A stretch of 33,907 nucleotides of DNA from an uncultured Candidatus Saccharibacteria bacterium (GTDB lineage Bacteria > Patescibacteriota > Minisyncoccia > Phycocordibacterales > UBA9973). The notes beneath the pieces were generated by a model. That model saw only the letters and a list, made by a program, of their open reading frames with translations. It searched no databases and was not told the origin of the DNA. Shown here piece after piece: positions 23,933-32,236 of this stretch (the stretch's first letter is position 1; each line of letters begins with the position of its first letter). A program made the position numbers and the translations under genes. Location of the stretch: assembly GCA_964478575.1 (NCBI GenBank), contig CAYZIU010000002.1:1-33907 (forward strand). Reading direction: 5' to 3'.

Positions 23933-25318
23933 TTATAGGCCTTGCAATGGGTCAATCATGGTCTCCTGTATTGAGGTAGCCTTGGCCATAACGGAGTTAC
24001 CGTAGAAGGTATTTGGGGGTGATTTAGTGTCACAAATTCGTCCAGAGTAGTATTTACAGGCCGCATTCTTCTCTGCTGTATAAGTTGCAGCTCCCGCTCC
24101 AAGATCAGATAGATAGATTGCTGAGGCCATAAAGGCATGCTCTGGATTCCATGGATCAGCCATTTTTACTCCAACAGCACTAGCTGTTCTTGCTTTTATA
24201 ATTGCCCATGTTGAAGGTATGAACTGAGAAGGACCCATTGCTCCACCGTATCCAAGTCCTGCAATTGGACAAGAGACTCTTGTTGCATAGGGATCTCTTC
24301 CAAGGTCCTTTGTGATGGTTAGGAATGGTCCAACATCTCGAGTTGGCTTCATCACATTTGCGATTGTGTTTCCAGAAGTTATTCCCACTCCACTTCCAGT
24401 AATAGGATCTTTCAAGTAACAAGAACCTAGATTTTTCCCGAGGTTTGTTTCTTGTGTCAAAATAGCCAAAAGGAAAGCTGGGCGAACTCCTGTCTTTGCG
24501 CTAGCTGCTTCCGCATAAGCTAGAGCATCTCCGAATGGAATAGCTGAGCTGTCTCTTAGAGAAAAGAGCGCGCTTCTTATTTGAGCTGCCTTTGCTTTTC
24601 GTTCTGCCAGAAGTTGTTCATAAGTTTTTTCTTTGCTTTTACTTACAGATAGAAGTTTTTGTTTTTCATCTTCTGTCAGTTCCACTTTTCGCTTCGCAGA
24701 CTCAAGGGCTTGCTTTGCATCCATCTCCAATTCTTCTTTTGTCTTTAGTTGCTGTCTTTGTTTTTCTGTTTCAATTCTTGTTCCTCTAATTTCTTCAATG
24801 TTTGCTTTTACAGATTTCTTGATTGCATCGAAGGAGTCAATGTCTCGATAAAATTCTGAAAGTGTTGAATTAGATAGGACAAGATGAACAACTGGTGTTT
24901 GGTCTATCTCATTTGTTTTTCGAATCAATTGAGCCAGAGAATCCTTGGTTCTGTTTATTGTCTGATCCAGTTCTCCTATGTGAGAATTTTTTTCGTTTAT
25001 TTCATCTTGAAGCTTTGAAATCGTCAAATTTTTGGACTTTATATCCAATTTAGTTTTTTCTATTTGAGTTGTTAGAACCTTAATGTCTCTTGAGATGCTG
25101 GCTGTTTCTCCCTTTTGTCCCGCTAGAACTCTTTCTTTTTCGGCAATTTCAGCCTCAAGCTTTGCAAGTTCTGCCTCAAGAGCGGCCTTTTGGGCGTCAA
25201 CACTAGAGATGGTAGTTTCCGCTCGCACAAAAACTCTCTCGCTTATAAAAAACGAAAATCCTACTACCATTATTATTCCAAGTAGAGCTACAAAATATTT
25301 TTGAACTCTTTTTTTCAT
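23933..25318 (-). CDS. Coiled-coil protein with a C-terminal lytic transglycosylase (SLT/MltB-like) domain
   Basis: Signal/TM segment and about 220 aa of coiled coil paralogous to that of the M23 protein. The C-terminal domain has [11 protein letters not shown] (candidate catalytic Glu) and [13 protein letters not shown], typical of lytic transglycosylases. Confidence 0.75.
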   Translation of the reverse strand: MKKRVQKYFVALLGIIMVVGFSFFISERVFVRAETTISSVDAQKAALEAELAKLEAEIAEKERVLAGQKGETASISRDIKVLTTQIEKTKLDIKSKNLTISKLQDEINEKNSHIGELDQTINRTKDSLAQLIRKTNEIDQTPVVHLVLSNSTLSEFYRDIDSFDAIKKSVKANIEEIRGTRIETEKQRQQLKTKEELEMDAKQALESAKRKVELTEDEKQKLLSVSKSKEKTYEQLLAERKAKAAQIRSALFSLRDSSAIPFGDALAYAEAASAKTGVRPAFLLAILTQETNLGKNLGSCYLKDPITGSGVGITSGNTIANVMKPTRDVGPFLTITKDLGRDPYATRVSCPIAGLGYGGAMGPSQFIPSTWAIIKARTASAVGVKMADPWNPEHAFMASAIYLSDLGAGAATYTAEKNAACKYYSGRICDTKSPPNTFYGNSVMAKATSIQETMIDPLQGL

Positions 25319-25326
25319 TTAAATTT

Positions 25327-25965
25327 TTATTCTTCAGCTGGCACTTCGTCCTCTTTCTTCTTTCCCTTTTCCTCTACTTCTATTTTTGTAAGGTCAATTG
25401 GAGTTGTTTCTTCAGTTTCTTCTTTCATTGCCGCGATCATCACTATAGTTTCCTCAAGTTCGTCAAGGATAGTAACTCCTTTTGGAACCTTGATATCACT
25501 TACAGAGATTTTGTCGTCAATATTTTGAAGTCCTGAGATATCAACTTCGATTTCGTGTGGGAGGTCTCCAGGGAGAGCAGAAACTTTTACTTCATGTAGA
25601 GCTTTGACTAGAACACCAGTTCCGCTTTTTACAGCAGGACTTTCTCCAATAAAAGAGACTGGAATGTCTACTTCTACAGGTTTGTTCATATCAACTATTC
25701 TGAAGTCTATATGGATTGGGGTATTTTTAATTGGGTCATATTGAACCTCGCTGATCAGAGCTGGAGAAGATCCATTCTCTGTTTCAATACTGATAGTTCC
25801 TGACTCACCTACCTCTTTCCATGTTTTTTGAAAAGCCACTTTTTCTACTGATAAAGGTGTTGATTCGACTCCTTTTCCAAATAAAACAGCCGGAATAAGT
25901 CCGTTTTTTCTTACTTCTTGAAGGGAATCCTTAACATTTCTGATTTTTGCTTGAAGTTTATTCAT
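25327..25965 (-). CDS. rplY: 50S ribosomal protein L25 (Ctc form)
   Basis: From ATG 25965 the product is MNKLQAKIRNVKDSLQEVRKNGLIPAVLFGKG..., typical of L25/Ctc, with an acidic C-terminal tail. The track ORF extends to a TTG at 26046 and overlaps the upstream gene, so I reject that extension. Confidence 0.85.
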   Translation of the reverse strand: MNKLQAKIRNVKDSLQEVRKNGLIPAVLFGKGVESTPLSVEKVAFQKTWKEVGESGTISIETENGSSPALISEVQYDPIKNTPIHIDFRIVDMNKPVEVDIPVSFIGESPAVKSGTGVLVKALHEVKVSALPGDLPHEIEVDISGLQNIDDKISVSDIKVPKGVTILDELEETIVMIAAMKEETEETTPIDLTKIEVEEKGKKKEDEVPAEE

Positions 25966-26023
25966 TGGTAAAGTATATGTAAAATAACGCTGAAAGTCAA
26001 TTTTTGTGACAAAAAACTCGTTT

Positions 26024-27757
26024 TTATGAAGAATGAGAAGTTCCAATCTTCGGCTCTATTATGTGGCTCTCGAGATATTCAAAAGTCGTCCCTACTTTCT
26101 TGTTTGGGTTGAAGATATTCTGAGGGTCACAGGTGGTTTTTATTGTTTGGAAAATTTTAAGCATTTCGTCTTCAAACATATAAGACATAAATGGAGTTCT
26201 TATGATTCCGTCTCCGTGTTCTCCAGTGATTGAGCCTTGATATTCTCTGACAAGAGCATAAACCTGTGCAGAAAGACTCATTATAATCTTTTTTGTTTCT
26301 GGATCGTTAAAGTTCATAAGTGGAATTATGTGAAAATTTCCATTTCCGGCGTGGCCTGCAATTGTGTAAAGCAGTTTGTCGTATTTTTTTAGAATTTCAT
26401 TTATTTTTGGTAAAAACAAAGGCATGCTTTCAACTGGAATAACGAAGTCATCAATGAATGGAGCTGTTCTTCTGTCGCCAGAATGTTTTCGGAGTAACGC
26501 AAAGCTGTCCCGTCGCATGCTCCAGTACTTATCTGCTTCGCGCTTGTTTCTTGTTATCCGGAAGTTCAATTTAAAAGGAGATAGTCTCTTTTTTAAGTCT
26601 ACGCACATCGCATTTACTGTTTTTTCATTCTCTCCATCGTATTCAACCAACAAAATGAGTTTTGGTACTCCTCCTCGAATTGCCATTATAAATTCCGGGA
26701 TAAAAGATAGTCCAAAAAAGATTGTTCCGAGTATTCCCTTTTGTTTTATGAAGTCAAAGAAAAATTTTATAGCTAAATTGAATGTTGTGTCATCATACGA
26801 CTCTATCGTTAGCGGGTTAGTGTCATCGGTTTTGTCTATTATGTTTGCAAGATTGTCTAGGTCTTTTAAAAATATTACACAGGATTTTGAATAAGGTTGA
26901 GGTTTAATTAATTCGAATTCTATCTCAGTTACAATACCGAGTGTTCCTTGGGCTCCGATTATTAAATTAGTAAAATTAAATTCAAAAAAGTCTCCTTCTT
27001 CTTTTACTAAATCCCAAATTTTATAGCCAGAAGAATTTTTGGAAACAATCGGAGTGTTTCTGTCTATCAGATTTTTGTTATCTCTCCACAGTTCGAAAAG
27101 TGTTTTATAGAGTTCTCCTAATTTACCTGGCTTTGCAATTTCGTTATAGTAGTCGTTTCTATTTATTTTTCCAATTTGATAAATTTCTCCGTCAGATAGA
27201 ACAATTCGAAGACTTCTAACGTAGTTGTCTGTTTTTCCGAATCGTAGACTCAGTTCTCCCCCTGAATTATTCCCTATCATTCCACCCAGTGCGTTTATTG
27301 ATTTAGACGCAGTATATGACGGTAGAAGTAAGTTTTTTTCCAGTGTTTCTTTTTCAAAATCTCTATAGAAACATCCCGGCATTGCTCTTCCTATTCCTGA
27401 TATTTGAACTTCCTTTTCTTTCTTACCAATCTTTATCTTTTTTTGATAAGGCTCAACTTTTTTTATCTCGAGAATTTGGTTCATGTATCTAGTTGTGTCC
27501 AAAATAATGGACTCCCCGAGTGGTCCGCCAGACATACAAGTTCCCGCCGCGCGAACGGTGATTGATAATTCTGGGAATCTTTGTTTGTTTTCTTTTACCC
27601 ACTTAACAATATTTTTTATATCAGACTCATCTTTTGGATAAACGATGCACGCAGGTTTTACTTCAAAAATACTAGCATCATGGCTATACCGAAAAAGAGA
27701 CTCTTCCGTTGTGTCCATATCCCCTCTTATTATCTTTTTTAGTTCTTCTACAAACAT
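26024..27757 (-). CDS. FAD-linked oxidase/dehydrogenase (GlcD / D-lactate dehydrogenase-like)
   Basis: N-terminal FAD_binding_4-like region (IVYPKDESDIKNIVKW...VRAAGTCMSGG) and C-terminal FAD-oxidase region (GSITGEHGDGIIR). Its ATG abuts the fba stop. Confidence 0.75.
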   Translation of the reverse strand: MFVEELKKIIRGDMDTTEESLFRYSHDASIFEVKPACIVYPKDESDIKNIVKWVKENKQRFPELSITVRAAGTCMSGGPLGESIILDTTRYMNQILEIKKVEPYQKKIKIGKKEKEVQISGIGRAMPGCFYRDFEKETLEKNLLLPSYTASKSINALGGMIGNNSGGELSLRFGKTDNYVRSLRIVLSDGEIYQIGKINRNDYYNEIAKPGKLGELYKTLFELWRDNKNLIDRNTPIVSKNSSGYKIWDLVKEEGDFFEFNFTNLIIGAQGTLGIVTEIEFELIKPQPYSKSCVIFLKDLDNLANIIDKTDDTNPLTIESYDDTTFNLAIKFFFDFIKQKGILGTIFFGLSFIPEFIMAIRGGVPKLILLVEYDGENEKTVNAMCVDLKKRLSPFKLNFRITRNKREADKYWSMRRDSFALLRKHSGDRRTAPFIDDFVIPVESMPLFLPKINEILKKYDKLLYTIAGHAGNGNFHIIPLMNFNDPETKKIIMSLSAQVYALVREYQGSITGEHGDGIIRTPFMSYMFEDEMLKIFQTIKTTCDPQNIFNPNKKVGTTFEYLESHIIEPKIGTSHSS

Positions 27758-28615
27758 TTATTTTAGAGAAAAAAGCTTGAGTCTCTCTGTTACAACTTTC
27801 TGCATGCCCAGCTCTCCTTGTTTTAGGATTTTGTAAGGAGTTGTCTCGTCAGGATTTTCGGCAAGGAAAAGTTTTATTGCTTTTGTGTAAGCAACTCGTA
27901 GTTCTGTGTTTATGTGGATCACTCTAATTCCGGCTTTTATTGCGGAGCGGAAATCTTCATCACTAATTCCAGATCCTCCGTGAAGAACAAGCGGAACACT
28001 TGATGCTTCGTTTAAGCTCGCAATTCTTTCTATATCCAGAGCTGGATTTCCCCCCTTAATCATTCCGTGAATATTTCCAACTGATGGAGCAAGTAGATCA
28101 ATTCCTGTTTCATAAATAAAATTTTTAGCCTCTTCAGAATTTGTCATTGTGGCACTTGAGACTCCTTCTGGGATTGCGTCAATAATTTTTGAAGATTTTC
28201 CAATAAATCCGATCTCTCCTTCCACCAGAGTTTTCCCTCCCTTTTCTTTTGCATACTCAACTACCTTCTTTGTTAGAGCGACATTCTCTTCAAAAGGAAG
28301 ATTGGCTCCATCAACTATAACCATCTCATATCCGTTATCAATGGCTTCTTTCACTTTTTCGAAGCTGTAGTGATGATCGGCGTTTAGAAAAATTGGAATT
28401 CCAAGTTCTTCTCGGAAATTTCTTACAGTATCAACTGCGTTTTGAAGTCCAACGAAGTCTTCCTCTCCCTCTGAAACTCCAACCAGAACGGGAACTCCTA
28501 ATTCCTTGGCGGCGTTTGCTATTGCCCGAAGTCCGTCTAGACTTGAAAAATTAAAGTGACCAAGTGCGACCTGATTTTCTTCCGCCCAAGCCAAAGCTTC
28601 TTTTATAGTTTTCAT
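27758..28615 (-). CDS. fba: Class II fructose/tagatose-bisphosphate aldolase
   Basis: ALGHFNFSSLDG, FLNADHH, GNIHG and LVLHGGSG motifs of class II (metal-dependent) aldolases. Confidence 0.88.
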   Translation of the reverse strand: MKTIKEALAWAEENQVALGHFNFSSLDGLRAIANAAKELGVPVLVGVSEGEEDFVGLQNAVDTVRNFREELGIPIFLNADHHYSFEKVKEAIDNGYEMVIVDGANLPFEENVALTKKVVEYAKEKGGKTLVEGEIGFIGKSSKIIDAIPEGVSSATMTNSEEAKNFIYETGIDLLAPSVGNIHGMIKGGNPALDIERIASLNEASSVPLVLHGGSGISDEDFRSAIKAGIRVIHINTELRVAYTKAIKLFLAENPDETTPYKILKQGELGMQKVVTERLKLFSLK

Positions 28616-28623
28616 ATGTTTTT

Positions 28624-28632
28624 ATTATACCA
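28624..28632 (-). promoter_or_regulatory. Extended -10 box (TGGTATAAT) upstream of fba
   Basis: Minus-strand TGGTATAAT, immediately after the upstream terminator. The fba ATG (28615) is 8 nt downstream with no SD. Confidence 0.5.
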
Positions 28633-28660
28633 AAAAATAAAAAAGCGCCTCTATGGGCGC
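28632..28660 (-). terminator. Rho-independent terminator of the 138-aa ORF
   Basis: On the minus strand, GCGCC-CATAGA-GGCGC (28660-28645) followed by TTTTTTATTTTTT. The stem overlaps the TAG stop. Confidence 0.6.
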
Positions 28661-29067
28661 AATTCCTCTATGCATTTCTTGGCTTCTTCAACATTTTTAA
28701 TGAATGCAGATAAAGATAACTTTATCTGCTCTTCTAATAATTTTAGTTTTGGTTCTGTCATTTCCTTCGGTTGGTAAAAGAATACCGCCGATAGAAGGGT
28801 TTTTAAATTTTCAAAAGCCGGAAGAAACTTAAATAATTCTGGAAGAATGTCAGTAGGCAATTTTTCTTCTTTTAAGAACTTGGCTTTTTTGATGTCTATT
28901 CCAAAAACCTCTTTTAATTCAAGGTTTGTTTTAACAAGCGTTTCTTTGTCGCCTCTTATTCCCTCCGCTATTGTTTTAAGCTTCTCTACATCTATTTTTT
29001 TTACAATCTTTGAGAGAAGAAGTATAACTCTCACTTTTTCAAATTCCTTTAGTCTGTATCCAGTCAT
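28651..29067 (-). CDS. Hypothetical protein (predicted all-helical)
   Basis: 138-aa ORF with its own terminator and a TAAAAT box 9 nt upstream of the ATG. No recognisable domain. Confidence 0.5.
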   Translation of the reverse strand: MTGYRLKEFEKVRVILLLSKIVKKIDVEKLKTIAEGIRGDKETLVKTNLELKEVFGIDIKKAKFLKEEKLPTDILPELFKFLPAFENLKTLLSAVFFYQPKEMTEPKLKLLEEQIKLSLSAFIKNVEEAKKCIEELRP

Positions 29068-29139
29068 GTTTTAAAGATTTTATTTTGAAATAACTTTTCT
29101 AATCGTCAACGATACTACACTCTTATCTTTTTTTCAAGG

Positions 29140-29148
29140 TGTGATATT
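29140..29148 (+). promoter_or_regulatory. Extended -10 box (TGTGATATT) upstream of the PfkB-family kinase gene
   Basis: TGTGATATT, with the ATG (29157) 8 nt downstream and no SD. Confidence 0.4.
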
Positions 29149-29156
29149 ATTTTCAT

Positions 29157-30149
29157 ATGGAAAAAGAACTAGATTTTGTCGCCGTCGGCGATGTTGTAAC
29201 CGAGCCTTTTATTCGTCTAAAAGACGCCTCTACTCATTGTAAGATAGACCAAAGTGCCTGCGAATTGTGTGTTCGTTTCGGAGATAAGGTTCCTTATGAG
29301 TCTGTGGAAGTTTTGCGTGCTGTGGGAAACTCCGCAAATGCGGCCGTTTGTGCTTCAAGGCTTGGATTAAAAACAGCTCTAATATCTGATATTGGAGACG
29401 ACGAGATTGGTAAGGGAGATATTGAAGAATTAAAGATAAATAATGTAATAACAGATTATATTCATACTCACCCTGGCCTTCCTTCAAACTATCACTATGT
29501 GCTCTGGTATGACGTTGAAAGAACAATTCTCGTTAGACATACAGAATTTCCTTATCAATTCCCTCTTGACCTTCCAAAAACAAAATGGCTTTATTTAAGC
29601 TCTCTAGCTTCAAATTCAGAACAATACCACAAACAAATAATGTTGTTTTTGGAAAGAAATCCAGAGACGAAGTTGGCTTTTCAACCAGGAACATTTCAAA
29701 TGAAGCTTGGAAAAGAAAAATTGGCTGAAGTATATAAAAGATCTGAAATTATTTTTTGTAATGTTGAAGAGGCAAACAGGATTCTTGGAGACAATGAAAA
29801 AGATGTAAAAATTTTGCTTAGAAAAATGAAAGAACTTGGTTCTTCTATTATTGTTATAACTGATGGAATAAAAGGCGCTTATGCATACGACGGACAGAAC
29901 TTTTTGTTTATGCCAGTGTATCCACATTCACCTTACGAAAGAACTGGTGCGGGAGACGCCTTTGCTTCAACTATAACGGCTTGTCTTGCTAGAGGAATGA
30001 CTCTAGAGGAGGCTCTAAAATGGGCTCCTATAAATTCAATGTCTGTGGTACAATACGTAGGAGCACAGAAGGGGCTTTTGACTGAAGAGAAGATAAAAGA
30101 ATTTTTGACTAAAGCGCCGGCAGACTATATCCCTTCAACTCTAATATAA
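29157..30149 (+). CDS. PfkB/ribokinase-family carbohydrate (or nucleoside) kinase
   Basis: N-terminal VGDVV and GNSANAA motif. C-terminal TGAGDAFAS anion-hole/catalytic-Asp motif typical of the PfkB family. Substrate cannot be assigned. Confidence 0.8.
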   Translation: MEKELDFVAVGDVVTEPFIRLKDASTHCKIDQSACELCVRFGDKVPYESVEVLRAVGNSANAAVCASRLGLKTALISDIGDDEIGKGDIEELKINNVITDYIHTHPGLPSNYHYVLWYDVERTILVRHTEFPYQFPLDLPKTKWLYLSSLASNSEQYHKQIMLFLERNPETKLAFQPGTFQMKLGKEKLAEVYKRSEIIFCNVEEANRILGDNEKDVKILLRKMKELGSSIIVITDGIKGAYAYDGQNFLFMPVYPHSPYERTGAGDAFASTITACLARGMTLEEALKWAPINSMSVVQYVGAQKGLLTEEKIKEFLTKAPADYIPSTLI

Positions 30150-30178
30150 ATAAAATTTTAAAAATTTAACTTTTACTA

Positions 30179-30772
30179 ATGCCAGGAATGTCAGAAAAAC
30201 TTAATAGTTTCGGAAATGAAGAAGAAATAAAAAGGGTTTACGAAAATAAGCCAGATTTGGAAGTATCTAATCGCGATGATGATTTGGAAGAGTCTATTGC
30301 AGTTGATAATTTAATGAAAGGAAAAGAAGCGTTGATTGTTTCTCGACCTGAATCAAAAAATATAAATTTTGGTGAGAAAATAATGCTAAATGAGTATGGA
30401 GAGAGACAAAAACAGGTTCTAAGTTCTCTTTATGCAGAACTATCTGATCTTGTTACGGCTTTAAAAACCGAAAACTATCCTAAAGATAAATTAAAAGGAA
30501 AAGCTGAAGAGGTGGCAGACCTTTTATCTCAATGTGATACCAACCTTTCAATTCAAGCTGGACATCACTATAGAGAAAGAACAACTATGGATGTAGAAAT
30601 TCCTTTTCAAACCAATTCAGCTATTGCAGAAGATTTAAACAAAGTCCTAGCCAAAGATCCAGAAGATTTCTTACCAGAAGACTATGCTTCTTTGGACAAG
30701 CTGGAGACAGTTGTTTATGGAGCACAGATGCAATTCTCTAAATTCTTAGAAAAACAATCACAAGAAAATTAA
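30179..30772 (+). CDS. Hypothetical acidic protein
   Basis: 197-aa ORF 29 nt downstream of the kinase gene and followed by a terminator. No recognisable domain. Confidence 0.5.
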   Translation: MPGMSEKLNSFGNEEEIKRVYENKPDLEVSNRDDDLEESIAVDNLMKGKEALIVSRPESKNINFGEKIMLNEYGERQKQVLSSLYAELSDLVTALKTENYPKDKLKGKAEEVADLLSQCDTNLSIQAGHHYRERTTMDVEIPFQTNSAIAEDLNKVLAKDPEDFLPEDYASLDKLETVVYGAQMQFSKFLEKQSQEN

Positions 30773-30797
30773 AAACCCACAATCTCGTGGGTTTTTA
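30771..30797. terminator. Bidirectional rho-independent terminator
   Basis: AAAAA, then stem CCCAC (30776-30780) / GTGGG (30787-30791) with a 6-nt loop, then TTTTT. It lies between convergent units. Confidence 0.7.
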
Positions 30798-30799
30798 AT

Positions 30800-30982
30800 T
30801 TAGTTCACCAATCCTGTTATCTTCTGTCCGATGGCACTGAATATTACATCAAATGTCTCTATCAGTCCGTATTCTTGAACTGAATCTTTTATTGTCATCT
30901 TCCCTCCCCCTTCAATTGGGACGATCTTAACGTAGAAAACAAAAATAATAACTAGTAGTACAAAAATTATGTTCTTAATCAT
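30800..30982 (-). CDS. Small single-TM protein (hypothetical), last gene of the transketolase operon
   Basis: 60 aa: MIKNIIFVLLVIIFVFYVKIV followed by a soluble tail. The ATG lies 6 nt after the transketolase C-subunit stop. Confidence 0.4.
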   Translation of the reverse strand: MIKNIIFVLLVIIFVFYVKIVPIEGGGKMTIKDSVQEYGLIETFDVIFSAIGQKITGLVN

Positions 30983-30988
30983 ATTTGT

Positions 30989-31975
30989 TTATCCTAAAAC
31001 TTTTTTAACTGCGTTTTTAATTCCTTCGACCCCGAGACCATAATGCTCGATTAATTCTTCGGGCTTTCCTGATTGACCAAACTTATCATCAATTCCAACC
31101 ATTTTTATTTTAACAGGAAAGTTTTCACTGAGAAATTCTGAAACTGCACTTCCGAGTCCTCCAATCTTCTGGTGCTCTTCCACTGTTACAATCCTCTTTG
31201 TTTCTTTCGCTAATTTTAGGACTGCTTCTTTATCAAGCGGTTTGATTGTTGCGATATTTAGAACCTTGCTTTTTATTCCATTTTTTTCTAGCTCCCTCGC
31301 TGTCCTTATTGCTTTGTGGACCAGTGCCCCAGTTGCAATAATCCCAACATTTGGCATACCGTCTGATTCATAGAAAACCTGAGCTTTTCCTATCTCAAAG
31401 GGAGTTTCTTCGGTGGTCATTATAGCGGTCTTCTCTCGGGCCAAACGCAGGTATGCGGGCTTACCTAGTTTGGAGAGTAAAAGTGTTGCCTTGCGGGCTT
31501 CTATTGCGTCACAGGGTGAGATTATAATCATGTTCGGCATTACTCTCATTATCGCAATATCTTCAATTGCTTGATGGGTTCCACCGTCTGGTCCCACTGA
31601 AATTCCAGCGTGGCTCCCGACGACAATCACCGGTCTGTCATTGTATGCAATTGTGGTTCGAATTTGTTCCCAGTTTCGTCCAGGAGAGAACATTGCGTAA
31701 CTAGAACAGAATGGAATTTTCCCCATTGCAGACATTCCACTGGCAACTGTTACAAGGTTTTGTTCGGCAACCCCAATTTCAACGAATCGATTAGGATACT
31801 TTTCTTTAAACTTCAACATTTGAGTTGATTCGGTAAGGTCCGCACAAAGAGCAACAACATTCTCGTTCTGATCTCCAGCCAAAACTAAACCTTCTCCGAA
31901 ACCTTTTCGAATTGGAATTTGCTCAACGTCGTCGTTGAAGAGTTTTATATTTAATTTTAGTTTAGGATTAAGCAT
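30989..31975 (-). CDS. Transketolase, C-terminal subunit (pyrimidine-binding plus C-terminal domains)
   Basis: FVEIGVAEQNLVTVASGMS, GSHAGISVGPDGGTHQAIEDIA and a C-terminal TK_C-like region. 328 aa, the split-transketolase type. Confidence 0.9.
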   Translation of the reverse strand: MLNPKLKLNIKLFNDDVEQIPIRKGFGEGLVLAGDQNENVVALCADLTESTQMLKFKEKYPNRFVEIGVAEQNLVTVASGMSAMGKIPFCSSYAMFSPGRNWEQIRTTIAYNDRPVIVVGSHAGISVGPDGGTHQAIEDIAIMRVMPNMIIISPCDAIEARKATLLLSKLGKPAYLRLAREKTAIMTTEETPFEIGKAQVFYESDGMPNVGIIATGALVHKAIRTARELEKNGIKSKVLNIATIKPLDKEAVLKLAKETKRIVTVEEHQKIGGLGSAVSEFLSENFPVKIKMVGIDDKFGQSGKPEELIEHYGLGVEGIKNAVKKVLG

Positions 31976-32235
31976 TATGATTTAATCTTTCTTCCTTTAA
32001 AATAATTTCTAAATAGTCTCGCTGTTGAGGTTAAAATCATAATTATTCCTATTGGGACCAAAAGAATAGACAAACCAACCATGCTAATGAATAAGTTTGT
32101 TAGCCAAGAAATTCCCCCAACTAACAATGCGATGCTGGGCATTAAGATTGGTGATGCCAGCAATATCAAGCCAATTACCATCATCCAGATTGCCCTACTT
32201 GAACTCTTTTTTATTTTATTTATTTCGTTTTCCAT
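31975..32235 (-). CDS. Small multi-TM membrane protein encoded between the two transketolase subunit genes
   Basis: ATG 32235 lies 1 nt after the N-subunit stop, and its TAA overlaps the C-subunit ATG by 1 nt (TAATG). 86 aa with 2-3 hydrophobic helices and basic termini. The track ORF begins at an upstream GTG (32250). Confidence 0.55.
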   Translation of the reverse strand: MENEINKIKKSSSRAIWMMVIGLILLASPILMPSIALLVGGISWLTNLFISMVGLSILLVPIGIIMILTSTARLFRNYFKGRKIKS

Positions 32236-32236
32236 T

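Noticed and set aside
25966-26046. N-terminal 27-codon extension of rplY overlapping the FAD-oxidase gene
   Set aside because: The extension starts at a TTG and overlaps the upstream gene's 3' end. The canonical L25 N-terminus MNKLQAKIR... begins at ATG 25965, 6 nt after a TATACT box.
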